Shown here: piece after piece, positions 25,701-36,923 of the stretch
Layout of the letters: the number at the start of each line of letters is the position of its first letter
Position numbering within the stretch: position 1 is the stretch's first letter
Assembly: GCA_052327205.1 (NCBI GenBank)
Contig: CM126226.1
Location: 10,974,001 to 11,038,000, forward strand
Direction: 5' to 3'
DNA: 64,000 nucleotides
Source of the DNA: Somniosus microcephalus
Taxonomy: Eukaryota
Program-made: the position numbers and the translations under genes
Notes under the pieces: model-generated
Seen by the model: only the letters and a program-made list of their open reading frames with translations
Told to the model about the DNA's origin: nothing
Database searches by the model: none

Positions 25701-26575
25701 TATTTACTGTAGCCCTGTTTGATTTCCACCCTTGATTTCTCTGCCTGCCACTTTTGCTTTTCTCCTTCCTGTCTTTTGCTTCTATCCTTGTTTCCCTTTC
25801 CTCTGTCTCCCTGCTCGGGTTCCCAACCCCCTGTCATTTTAGTTTAAACCCTCCCCAACAGCACGAGAAAACACTCCCCCAAGGACATCGGTCCTGGTCC
25901 TGCCCAGGTGCAAATCATCCAGTTTGTACTGGTCCCACCTCCCCCAGAACCGGTTCCAATGTCCCAGGAATTTGAATCCCTCCCCCTTGCACCATTCCTC
26001 TAGCCACGTATTCATCTGAAATATCCTTCTATTTCTACTCTGACCAGCACGTGGCACTGATCGCAATCCTGAGATTACTACCTTTTGAGGTCCTATTTTT
26101 TAAATTTACCTCAACTCCCTATATTCAGCTTTTAGGACATCCTCCTGTTTTTTACCTATATCGTTGGTACGTGTATGCACCACGACAAATGGCTGTTCAC
26201 CCTCCCCCCTCCAGAATGCCCTGCAACCGCCCCGAGACATCCTTGACCCTTGCACCAGGGAGGCAACATACCATCCTGGAATCTCGTTTGCGGCCGCAGA
26301 AACGCCTATCTATTCCCCTTACAATAGAATCCCCTGTCACTATAGCTCTGCCGCTCTTTTTCCTCCCGTCCTGTGCAGCAGAACCACCCCTGGTGTTAGG
26401 AAGTTGGCTGCTGCTAACCCGATAAGCCATTTCCCCCAGCGATATCCAAAGTGGTATATCTGTTTGAGAGGGGAATGGCCACAGGGGACCCCTGCACTAC
26501 CTGCCTGCGCCTACTACTCTGCCTGGCGGTCACTCATTCCCTTCCTGCCTGTGCAGCCTTTACCTGCGGTGTGAC
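22780..26575 (-). mobile_element. CR1 LINE copy 3, main part (same subfamily as copy 1)
   Basis: Near-colinear with 4181-7870: RT, APE and esterase pieces. Interrupted at GTGAC by LTR element 2. Confidence 0.95.
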
Positions 26576-29500
26576 TGTTGTGTATGTACCTTTAAGAGAA
26601 TAACTGGTCTCAGACTGCAGTACCGATAGTGACCACCCCTGTATAAAAGGCGCTAGTGAGCCTCTGTTGTTTTCAGTTTCACTATTGACTTCCATCAGTA
26701 AAGACGTGTTTTGTTCCACTCCTGCTGTCCGTGTCTCAATCATTCACGGACGTAATACTGGCAACGAGCAGATACGAACCTACCTACAGTCTGCACCACC
26801 TCCTGGGATCCATTCCTACAGCGAAGTGAGCAGAGGTCAAGGCCAGAAAGAAAAGAAAGTAAGAGGCAGTAGAAACGGGCGTCGACCGTGGGCATCCGCC
26901 CTGTGTTGCAGAGTTGAAGATTACTGGAGAAGCTGTCGGATGCGGGGCCTGGTTCCTGTCGACGGTGCTTCAGCTAATCGGGCTGGTGGCAGGTAGTGCA
27001 CTGATCCTTCCTGGGCTGCGGCGGTCGCGAACTCGAGCGGGTGGTTTGCAACGGGGCCGAGCAGCGTTGTCGGGAAGAAGAGAGAGAGAGGGTGGAGCCG
27101 GTGCTACGAAGCCGGGCTGCGTGTAGACCCGTGAAGAGGGAGGCAAGAGTCCCACAGGGTTGTTCCACGACGGGAAAATAATAAAAAAAAATATTAAACG
27201 CGCAAGAAACCGTGGAAAGCAGCGCTAACAACAGCGGGGAAGAAGGCAAAGCGCGGGAGGCGCCATTTTGTTAAATCGGGGAAGAAGGCAAAGCGCGGGA
27301 GGTGCCATTTTAGATTTGCAAGATGCCGAAGACTGGCTGTATCACTGCTTTTGATAATACAATAGAGGACTGGACCACGTATGTGGAAAGAGTCGAGGTA
27401 TATTTTGAGGCAAATGAAATAGCGGAGGAGAAAAAGGCATTGATATTGTTAAACTTAATGGGCGCTAGAACGTACGGCCTATTGCGGGACCTGATTACTC
27501 CAGCCAAACCGAAGGCGAAGAGTTTTAACGAAATTGTTGCTGTCCTGCAGGAACACCTAAACCCTGCACCGCTGTTGATAGCAGAAAGATTTAAATTCCA
27601 CAGGAGAACTCAGCACAAAGATGAGAGCAATGCTGAGTATCTTACGGAACTACACAAGCTATCAAAGCACTGCCAGTTCGGAGCAGGACTGGCAGATACC
27701 CTACGGGACAAATTTGTCTGTGGACTCCTGAGTGAAGGAACACAGAAGAAGTTACTCTCAGAGAAAGAGCTGACGCTAGATAAGGCTTTCAGCGTGGCAG
27801 TATCATATGCAGCAGCAGCCAGGGGAGCTGCAGAAATTCAACAAAAACAGCAGGAATACGGCACCCACAAAATGACACGGGGATTTGCAAAATGTTATCG
27901 CTGCGGCAGAACTAACCATGACCAGAAGGACTGCTGGTCCAAAGACAAAATATGCAGGCAATGCAGGAAAATGGGACACATTGCACGAGCTTGCAAGTCT
28001 GGGAAGAAGACCAGCGACAACAAAAAGGCTACTAAGGAACCGTACAAGAAAGTACAAAAGATGACGGACAGTAGTTCCGAAGACCAGATAAGCGATAGTG
28101 AATCCGGGAACAGGAGGCTAAGCTGTCTCAAACTTCACAATGTAATCGCAAAAGAGGATCACCGAACCATTTGAGTCACCCTCACGATAGCAGGGTCCCA
28201 AGTTAAAATGGAATTGGATACAGGATCAGCACTAACCGTCATGAATCGACGAGACTACGAGCGGCTATTTTCACACATACCCTTGAGAGAGACATCCATC
28301 GTCTTGACGACGTATACGGGGCAAAAAGTATACCCCAGAGGAAAAATAAGGGTGCCTGTCGAATACAATGGCAAGAAAATACGGAAATTGTATCTCTACA
28401 TACTGCCAAATGGTGGACCACCGTTATTGGGACGGGAATGGATCAGGAAGATAAACTTAGATTGGCACTCCATTCATGCAATGACGGTGGACGGTAAAAA
28501 AGATGAAGACGTCACTCCTGGACGATTGTCAACAATCTTAGCTAACGCCAAAGAGGTATTTCAACAAGAACTGGGCACGCTTAAAGGCGTAACCGCCTCG
28601 ATAAAAATAGAAGAGAATGCAGTTCCCAAGTTTTTCAAAGCAAGACCGGTACCATATGCAATTCGCCCAGCCGTCGAGGCAGAGCTGGAGAAGGCAGGCG
28701 TGTTGTCTAAGGTCGACTGGAGCGACTGGGCGACACCCATCGTTCCTGTCATGAAGAAAACGTTAAGCAATAAGTCCGGGGAGCCAAGGAAGATTCGCAT
28801 CTGTGGGGATTTCAAGGTGACAGTGAACCCAGTCCTTCACACAGTACAATATCCTCTTCCAAGGATAGAAGACATCTTCGCCTCACTGTCTGGAGGGAAG
28901 CGTTTTACAAAAATTGACCTAGCACAAGCATATTTGCAGATGGAGGTTGAAGAGTCCTCTAGGAAGTATCTCACGATAAACACTCACAAAGGTCTTTACC
29001 AGTATCATCGATTGGTATTCGGAGTAGCATCGGCTCCGGCGATATGGCAAAGAGCGATGGAACAAGTCCTGCAAGGGATTCCGGGGACTCAGTGTTATTT
29101 GGACGACATCCTTGTGACAGGTGAAGGTGACAGTGAACACCTTAACAACCTAGAACAGGTGCTCACTAGACTACGGGAACATGGGCTGCGAGCCAACTGC
29201 CCCAAGTGCGAATTTTTTAAGAAACAGATATCGTATTGTGGCCACGTGATTGATGAAGAGTGGTTACATAAGTCCCCTGACAAAATTGAAGCGGTTGTTA
29301 AGGTCCCAGCGCCTGAAAATGTGTCGCAACTGAGGTCATTCCTCGGATTGGTGAATTACTATCATAAGTTTTTGCCGAATTTGTCGACAACTCTGCACCC
29401 ACTGAACGCCCTGCTACGAACGGGGGTAGCATGGAAATGGAGCGATGATTGTAAGCGTGCTTTTCAGAAGAGTAAGGACTTAATCACTTCAAGGGAAGTA

Positions 29501-31557
29501 TTGGCTCACTACAACCCAGCACTGCCGATCAGACTGGCGTGTGATGCGTCTCCCTACGGCATTGGGGCGGTACTGTCACATAAATTCCTTGATGGTTTAG
29601 AGAGGCCGATAGCTTTTGCGTCATGCTCGTTAACTTCTGCCGAGCGTAACTACGCCCAGATTGATAGAGGCCCTCAGCCTAGTGTGGGGGGTGAAGAAGT
29701 TCAATCACTACCTGCACGGTCAAAAATTTACTCTACTAACCGATCATCAACCTCTTGTCTCCATTTTCAACCCTCAGAAATGCGTACCGATAATGACAGC
29801 ACAACGGCTGCAGAGATGGTCCCTTTTCCTGGGGGCACACCAATATGACATCGAGTACAAAGGAACTAAACAGCATGGAAATGCTGATGGATTGTCACGC
29901 CTACCGTTGCCGACGGTGGAAGAAGACGACCTTGCAGTGGATCCAATGGAGTTATTCCACTCGACCATAGTCGAATGTCTCCCTGTGACGAATGCAAACA
30001 TAGAAAAGGAAACACGGAATGACCCGACACTATCACGGGTCTATGATTTAACGGTGAAGGGATGGCCAGCACATGGCGAACCACTGCTGCCAGCATTCTC
30101 GCCGAGAAGAGAACAGCTGTCAGTGTGCAGAGGAACCTTGATGTGTGGGTCCAGAATAGTAATTCCACCTAAGTTGACGGATAGAGTGCTCAATGAGCTT
30201 CATGAGGGTCATCTGGGTGGGGTAAAAATGAAGAACTTAGCCAGAGCGTTTGTGTGGTGGCCGGGAATCGATAGAGAAATCGAAGAGATGACCAAGAGCT
30301 GTGCAGGATGCCAGAAGGTCCAAAACGCCCCACCACAAGCTCCTCTGCATCCATGGGAGTGGCCCTCATCTCCATGGCAAAGGGTGCACATTGATTTTGC
30401 TGGTCCCTTCATGGACTCGATGTTTTTAATTGCGGTGGATGCACATTCAAAGTGGCCAGAGGTAATAAAAATGTCCTCAACCACCATGGAAAAAACTATC
30501 ACAGTTTTACGAACCATATTCGCCAGGAATGGGCTGCCTGAACAGATTTGCACTGACAATGGACCACAGTTTGTGTCTGAAGAGTTCCGGATGTTCTTGA
30601 AGAACAATGGTGTTAAGCATTACACATCTGCCCCATATCATCCAGCCACTAATGGATTGGCCGAGAGGTTTGTCCAAACATTCAAGAAGGCTATCAAGGC
30701 AATGTGTAATGAAGATATACCCCTACAACACAAGGTGGACAACTTCTTGTTTGCCTACCGGAATGCGACACATGCGGTTACCAACCAAACTCCAGCCATG
30801 ATGTTCTTCAATCGAAGACTACGATGCCGCTTGGACTTGGTTAAGCCAAACGTCCGAAGAGATGCGGAGAACAGGCAGTTTCAGAATATGAATGAAAGGC
30901 CGACCAGGAGTTTTAAGATAGGTCAACCAGTTTTGGCCTGGGACTACCGCACAGAGAAATGGCAGCCAGGAACGATTTGTACACGACAAGGACCTCTCAT
31001 GTATACCGTGGACGTTGGGGAGAGCATTGTAAGACGCCATGCTGACCAGATTCTAGAGTCACTGGAAAGCGTCAACTCCCCACCACGATCTGATACACCT
31101 GGTAATGAAATCGACGTTCCAATTGCAGCTACCGCAGAACCGGTAATATTGGAAGCAGATGAACCAAACAACGACATTGATCCCGACTCAACATTGCCAG
31201 AAGAACCTGATACCCCAAAGAGGCGTTATCCAGACAGAATCAGGAAGCCTCCTCAAAGACTGAACTTATAATTGCTTAAACTTAACCAATGTATCTTGCA
31301 ACAGTAATTGTGATTGTAATTAGTTATCATTTAGTTGTTAAATGAATGTTATGTACTGTTTATCTAAAAGGGGAGGAATTGTTGTGTATGTACCTTTAAG
31401 AGAATAACTGGTCTCAGACTGCAGTACCGGCAGTGACCACCCCTGTATAAAAGGCGCTAGTGAGCCTCTGTTTTAGTTTCACTATTAACTTCCATCATTA
31501 AAGACGTGTTTTGTTCCACTCCTGCTGTCCGTGTCTCAATCATTCACGGACGTAATA
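26576..31557 (+). mobile_element. Ty3/Gypsy LTR retrotransposon 2 (Mag-clade-like), full length
   Basis: LTRs at 26576-26757 and 31380-31557, both ending GTAATA. TSD GTGAC at 26571-26575 and 31558-31562. PBS TGGCAACGAG; PPT AAAAGGGGAGGAAT. Confidence 0.97.
27323..31271 (+). pseudogene. gag-pol polyprotein with one nonsense codon (28172-28174) and one frameshift (~29670)
   Basis: Two CCHC knuckles, ELDTGS, YLDD, CDASPYG, HEGHLG/CAGC, DFAGP-DNG-LAER. Confidence 0.95.
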
Positions 31558-31562
31558 GTGAC

Positions 31563-31850
31563 CAACTCATTAATCATGCTATTCACGATGTCCTCGGCAT
31601 CACGACTGCTCCAGTATGTATCTATTCGCAGCTCCAGCACCGCAATGTGGTCTGCCAGTAGCTGTAGCTGGATGGTCGTCAGGAACACAGGAAGTGTCCC
31701 TGATTTCCCACATAGTGCAGGAGGAACATGCCATGGGGCCGAGCTGTGCTGTCATGACTTACCCTTTAATTAATTTAAATTAAATCAAATCAATACCACT
31801 AATTACACTACAATTAAATGATATACTCAAGGGCCCTTGTTTACTAGCAC
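31563..31850 (-). mobile_element. CR1 copy 3 continuation: ORF1 N-terminus (ATG at 31755) and part of the 5' UTR
   Basis: Minus strand reads MTAQLGPMACSSCTMWEI..., homologous to the ORF1 start of copy 2. Confidence 0.85.
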
Positions 31851-31856
31851 TCCCTG

Positions 31857-34800
31857 CGGCAGGTACGGGGATCCAGGAGGTAGTGTTGGAGGTGCCGCAG
31901 CCCTTGCTCTTGTCCAACAGGTTTGAGGCTCTTACTCCCTGTGAGGATGGGAACAGGGACTGCGGGGAGGATGAGCAACCTGGCCACAGCACCGTGGAGC
32001 GGGGGGCCATTCAAGTGGGGGGAGTTAAAAGAAATGTTGTAGTGGTAGGGGATAGTATCGTTAGGGGGATAGATAGAGTTCTTTGCAGCCGAGAGCAAGA
32101 GTCCCGAAGGCTGTGTTGCCTGCCCGGTGCCAGGGTTAAGGACATCTCCTCTGGGCTGGAGAGAAACTTGGAGGGGGAGGATCTAGTTGTCGTGGTCCAT
32201 GTTGGTACCAACGACATAGATAGGACAAGGAAGGAGGTTCTGCTGAGGGAGTTTGAGCAGCTAGGGGCCAAATTAAAAAGCAGAACCACAAGGGTAATAA
32301 CCTCTGGATTACTACCTGAGCCACGTGCAAATTTGGCTAGGGCAAATAAAATTAGAGAGTTAAATGTGTGGCTCAAAGACTGGTGTGGAAGAAATGGGTT
32401 TTGCTTCCTGGGACACTGGCATCAGTACTGGGACAGGAGAGAGCTGTTCTGTTGGGACGGACTTCACTTGGCCAGTGCTGGGACTAGAATCCTGGCGAAT
32501 CGAATAACTAGGGCTGTAGAGAGGGCTTTAAACTAATTAGTGGGGGGGAGGTTTTAAGAGAGCGAGAAATAAAAATGACAGCGGAGAAGGCAATAGAGCA
32601 AGGTAGCAGTGGGGGAATTAAAAACCAGAGCGCGTCAGGAAGGGACAGAATGTATATAATAAAGGTAAAGTAGTAAAAGGGGTAAAAGCAGGAATAAATT
32701 GTCAGAAAACATATTTGAAAGTTCTTTATCTGAATGCACGCAGCATTCATAACAAAATTGACGAGTTGACGGTGCAAATAACTACACATGGGTATGACCT
32801 GGTGGCCATTACGGAAACATGGCTGCAAGATAATCATGACTGGGAACTAAACATACAAGGGTATTTGACAATTAGGAAGGACAGACAGGAAGGAAAGGGA
32901 GGTGGGGTTGCTATGTTAATCAAGGATGGAATCACTGCAATAGTCAGAAATAATATTGGGTCAAAGGATCAGGATAGTGAAACAGTTTGGGTGGAGATAA
33001 GGAATAATAAGGGGAAAAAGTCACTAGTGGGCGTAGTCTATAGGCCTCCTAACAGTTGCAACTCTATTGGTCGGAGTATAAATCAGGAAATAGTTGGGGC
33101 TTGTAATAAGGGAACAGCTATAATCATGGGGGATTTTAACTTTCATATTGACTGGACTAATCAAATTGGGCATGGCAGCATTGAGGAAGAGTTCATAGAG
33201 TGTATTAGGGACGGGTTCCTTGAGCAGTATGTAACTGAACCAACCAGGGGGCAGGCAATCTTAGATCTGGTCCTGTGTAATTAGACAGGATTAATAAAAA
33301 ATGTCCTAGTAAAGGATCCCCTTGGAATGAGTGACCATAATATGGTTGAATTCCCAAATTCAGTTTGAGGGTGAGAGAGTTGGATCTCAAACCAGTGTAC
33401 TATAAGCTTAAATAAAGGAGACTATGAAGGTAGAATTGACTAAAGTGGACTGGGAAAACAGATTAAAGTGTAAGACGGTACAAGAGCAGTGGTCTACATT
33501 CAAGGAGATATTTCACATCTTTCAAGATAAATATATTCCACTGAGGAAAAAGGGGAGTAAAAGAAAAGACAGCCATCCGTGGCTTAGTAAAGTAATAAAG
33601 GATAGTATTCGACTGAAAACAAGGGCTAGCCAAATCTAGTGGGAGGATAAAAGATTGGGAAGCATTTAAAAGCCAGCAAACAATAACTAAAAGATTAATT
33701 AAGAAAGGGAAGATAGATTATGAAAGTAAACCAGCAAAAAATATAAAAACAGATAGCAAGAGTTTCTACAGCTATATAAAAAGAAAAAGGGTGGCTAAAG
33801 TGAACGTTGGTCCCTTAGAGGATGGGACCGGGAAACTAGTGGTGGGGAACATGGAGATGGCAAAGACGCTGAACAAATATTTTGTATCAGTCTTTACAGT
33901 AGAGGACACTAAAAATATCCCAACACTGGACAAACCGGGGGCAATTGGGGGGGAGGAGCTAAACACAATTAAAATCACTAAGGAGATGGTACTCAGTAAA
34001 ATAATGGGACTTAAGGCGGATAAATCCCCCGGACCTGATGGCCTACATCCTAGGGTCTTGAGAGAAGTGGCGGTAGGGATTGTGGATGCATTGGTGATCA
34101 TTTTCCAGAACTCCCTGGACTCTGGAAAGGTCCCGGCAGATTGGAAAACTGCTAATGTAACACCCTTATTTAAGAAGGGAAGTAGACAAAAAGCTGGAAA
34201 CTATAGACCAGTTAGCCTAACATCTGTGGTTGGCAAAATGTTGGAGTCCATTATTAAGGAAACAGTATCAGAGCATTTGGATAAACATAATTTAATAGGA
34301 CAGAGTCAGCATGGTTTTACGAAGGGGAAGTCATGTTTGACAAATTTGCTCGAATTCTTTGAGGATGTAACATACAGGGTGGATAAAGGGGAACCAGTGG
34401 ATGTAGTGTATTTGGACTTCCAAAAGGCATTTGACAAGGTTCCAAACAAAAGATTACTGATCAAGATAAAAAATCACGGGATTGGGGGTTATATACTGGC
34501 ATGGGTGGAAGATTGGCTATCTAACAGAAAACAAAGAGTTGGGATAAATGGTTCGTTCTCGGGCTGGCAATCAGTAACTAGTGGTGTCCCACAGGGATCA
34601 GTGCTGGGACCCCAACTCTTTACAATCTATATTAACGATTTGGAGGAAGGGACCGAGTGCAACATATCCAAGTTTGCCGACGATACAAAGATGGGAGGGA
34701 AAGCAGTGAGTGAGGAGGACATAAAAAACCTGCAAAAAGACATAGACAGGCTAAGTGAGTGGGCAGAGATTTGGCAGATGCAATATAATGTTGGAAAGTG

Positions 34801-35610
34801 TGAGATTATGCACTTTGGCAGAAAAAATCAAAGAGCAAGTTATTATCTAAATGGAGAGAAACTGCAAAGTGCTACAGTACAAAGGGATCTGGGGGTCCTG
34901 GTACATGAAACACAAAAAGTTAGTATGCAGGTGCAGCAGGTGATCAGGAAGGCCAATGGAATCTTGGCTTTTATTGCAAGGGGGATGGAGTATGAAAACA
35001 GGGAAGTCTTGCTGCAGTTATACAGGGTATTGGTGAGGCCACACCTGGAATACTGCGTGCAGTTTTGGTTTCCATATTTAAGATAAGATATACTTGCTCT
35101 CGAGGCGGTTCGGAGAAGGTTCACTCGGTTGATTCCAGAGATGAGGGGGTTGACGTATGAGGAAAGGTTGAATAGGTTGGGACTCTACTCATTGGAGTTC
35201 AGAAGAATGAAAGGCGATCTTATCGAAACATATAAGATTGTGAGGGGGCTTGATCGGGTGGATGCGGTGAGGATGTTTCCACTGATGGGTGAGACTAGAA
35301 CTAGGGGGCATAATCTTAGAATAAGGGGCTGCCCTTTCAAAACTGAGATGAGGAGAAACTTCTTCACTCAGAGGGTAGTAAATCTATGGAATTTGCTACC
35401 TCAGAGAGCTGTGGAAGCTGCAACATTAAATAAATTTAAAACGGAGATAGACATTGTCCTAGCAGATAAGGGAATTAGGGGTTATGGGGAGAGGGCAGGG
35501 AAGTGGACGCGAGTCTAGATTCAGATCAGCCATGATCCTATTGAATGGCGGAGCAGGCCCGAGGGGCCGTATGGCCTACTCCTGCTCCTATTTCTTATGT
35601 TCTTATGTTC
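31857..35610 (+). mobile_element. CR1 LINE copy 4, 5'-truncated, inserted antisense into the 5' UTR of copy 3
   Basis: Esterase ORF 31883-32536; ORF2 pieces 32715-33284, 33424-33639, 33791-35086, 35129-35518; tail ends (TTCTTATG)n. Confidence 0.95.
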
Positions 35611-35853
35611 TCATTTAACAGAGACCTTAGAAACTATAAGCACAAAAATTAAGACCTTCTAAACTTTATAAACTATTAACCTTAACTGTCAAACTATAGA
35701 GTAGTATAAATACTCACCTGGCCATACTCACCCAATCAGTTGCTTCCTCTTGCCCGCGTCACTTTTTGAATTGTGACGTGGCTCTGGAACGCCGCTGCCG
35801 GTCTGCGAGATTGGTAAGCCTTGTACTCTCCTGCTGCTCCCGTCACCGACCTC
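35611..35853 (-). mobile_element. Probable remainder of the CR1 copy 3 5' UTR
   Basis: AAATACTCACC...ACTCACCC...GTCACTTTTT layout resembles the copy 2 UTR at 18154-18205. Confidence 0.6.
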
Positions 35854-36033
35854 AATATTGAGATTGAAGGGTTAATTTTACGAGTCCGTGTTGTCGTGAA
35901 TGGTAGCATAGCCCCTCAATATTATCCCTCCCCACCCCACCCAACCCCAACCCCCACCCCCGCAAGGCTCCTCTCACTGTCTTTTATTCCAGCTCCTTTG
36001 CCGGGACCTCAACATTTTAGAACTCTCTCCGCT

Positions 36034-36170
36034 ATTCTGAGGGGTCTGGACAGGGTGGATGTGGAGAGGATGTTTCCTCTTGTGGGAGAATCTAGAACTA
36101 GGGGGTCACTGTTTAAAAATAAAGGGTCACCCATTTAAGACCGAGATGAGGAGAAATTTTTTCTCAGAGT
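36034..36170 (+). mobile_element. CR1 3' fragment (left half), split by LTR element 3; right half at 41189-41408
   Basis: ILRGLDRVDVERMFPLVGESRTRG... resumes as VVSLWNSLPQRAVEAES plus tail after the TSD. Confidence 0.9.
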
Positions 36171-36406
36171 TGTGGTGTATGTAACCTGTTCCACCTTAAG
36201 AGAACTTAAGCCTGTTCCACCTTAAGAGATGTACTACTTTCTCTGGCTGCTGTATACGTAATACCGGTGGTGACCACCGGTATATAAGGACTGTGTAGTG
36301 ATATTGTATTTTAGTATAGTCCTGACCTCCAACCAGTAAAGACCTGTTGAACTTTAATCTTGTAGTCTGTGTTAGTAATTACAACTAGAACACACAGACT
36401 TAACAG

Positions 36407-36416
36407 TGGCGACGAG
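36407..36416 (+). promoter_or_regulatory. Primer-binding site TGGCGACGAG, consistent with the 3' end of tRNA-Ser(GCU)
   Basis: One nt after the LTR CA; same motif in element 1 and TGGCAACGAG in element 2. The tRNA assignment rests on the known ...CUCGUCGCCA 3' end. Confidence 0.75.
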
Positions 36417-36923
36417 TCCGATTCTTACCCTGCGGCAGTTTATATCCACGGCGGCTTCGTCCACAGAACGGACGTCGAAGAGAGGCTTCCACCCTCATCA
36501 CCCTGCTGGAAGACACGGCGCGCGGCAGACATCGAGAAACCAGAGCGCAGAAGACATCCTGAACTCGAAGCCTCCATCAGCGGCTGTCAGCTATCTTCTT
36601 TCTTCCTCGGTGGTGGGTAAGCCGGGCAGCGATGCAACCAGAAAGTCGGCTGCGTTGGCTGTACAGACGGGGAGGGAAGACGGAGGAATAAGGGCGGTGA
36701 GATCGATCGCGACCGGAGATAAGGGCCGGGCCGCATTCGGGCTAAAAAGGCGCAGCGTCTGGGGCAACTGAAGGCGCGAGAGCCGCGGTGAAGCGGAGAC
36801 AGCGTCGGGGGACGGGTGAAGACCGCCAAGCGCGGGAAAACCGCCATTTTGTAGGCGGAGGACGAAGACAAAAGCGGGAAGCCGCCATCTTGGATAAAAA
36901 TTAAAATAAATTAAATTGCAACG

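Noticed and set aside
28172-28174. Programmed stop read-through between gag and pol in element 2
   Set aside because: Elements 1 and 3 have Trp (TGG) at this codon, so it is a TGG>TGA nonsense mutation.
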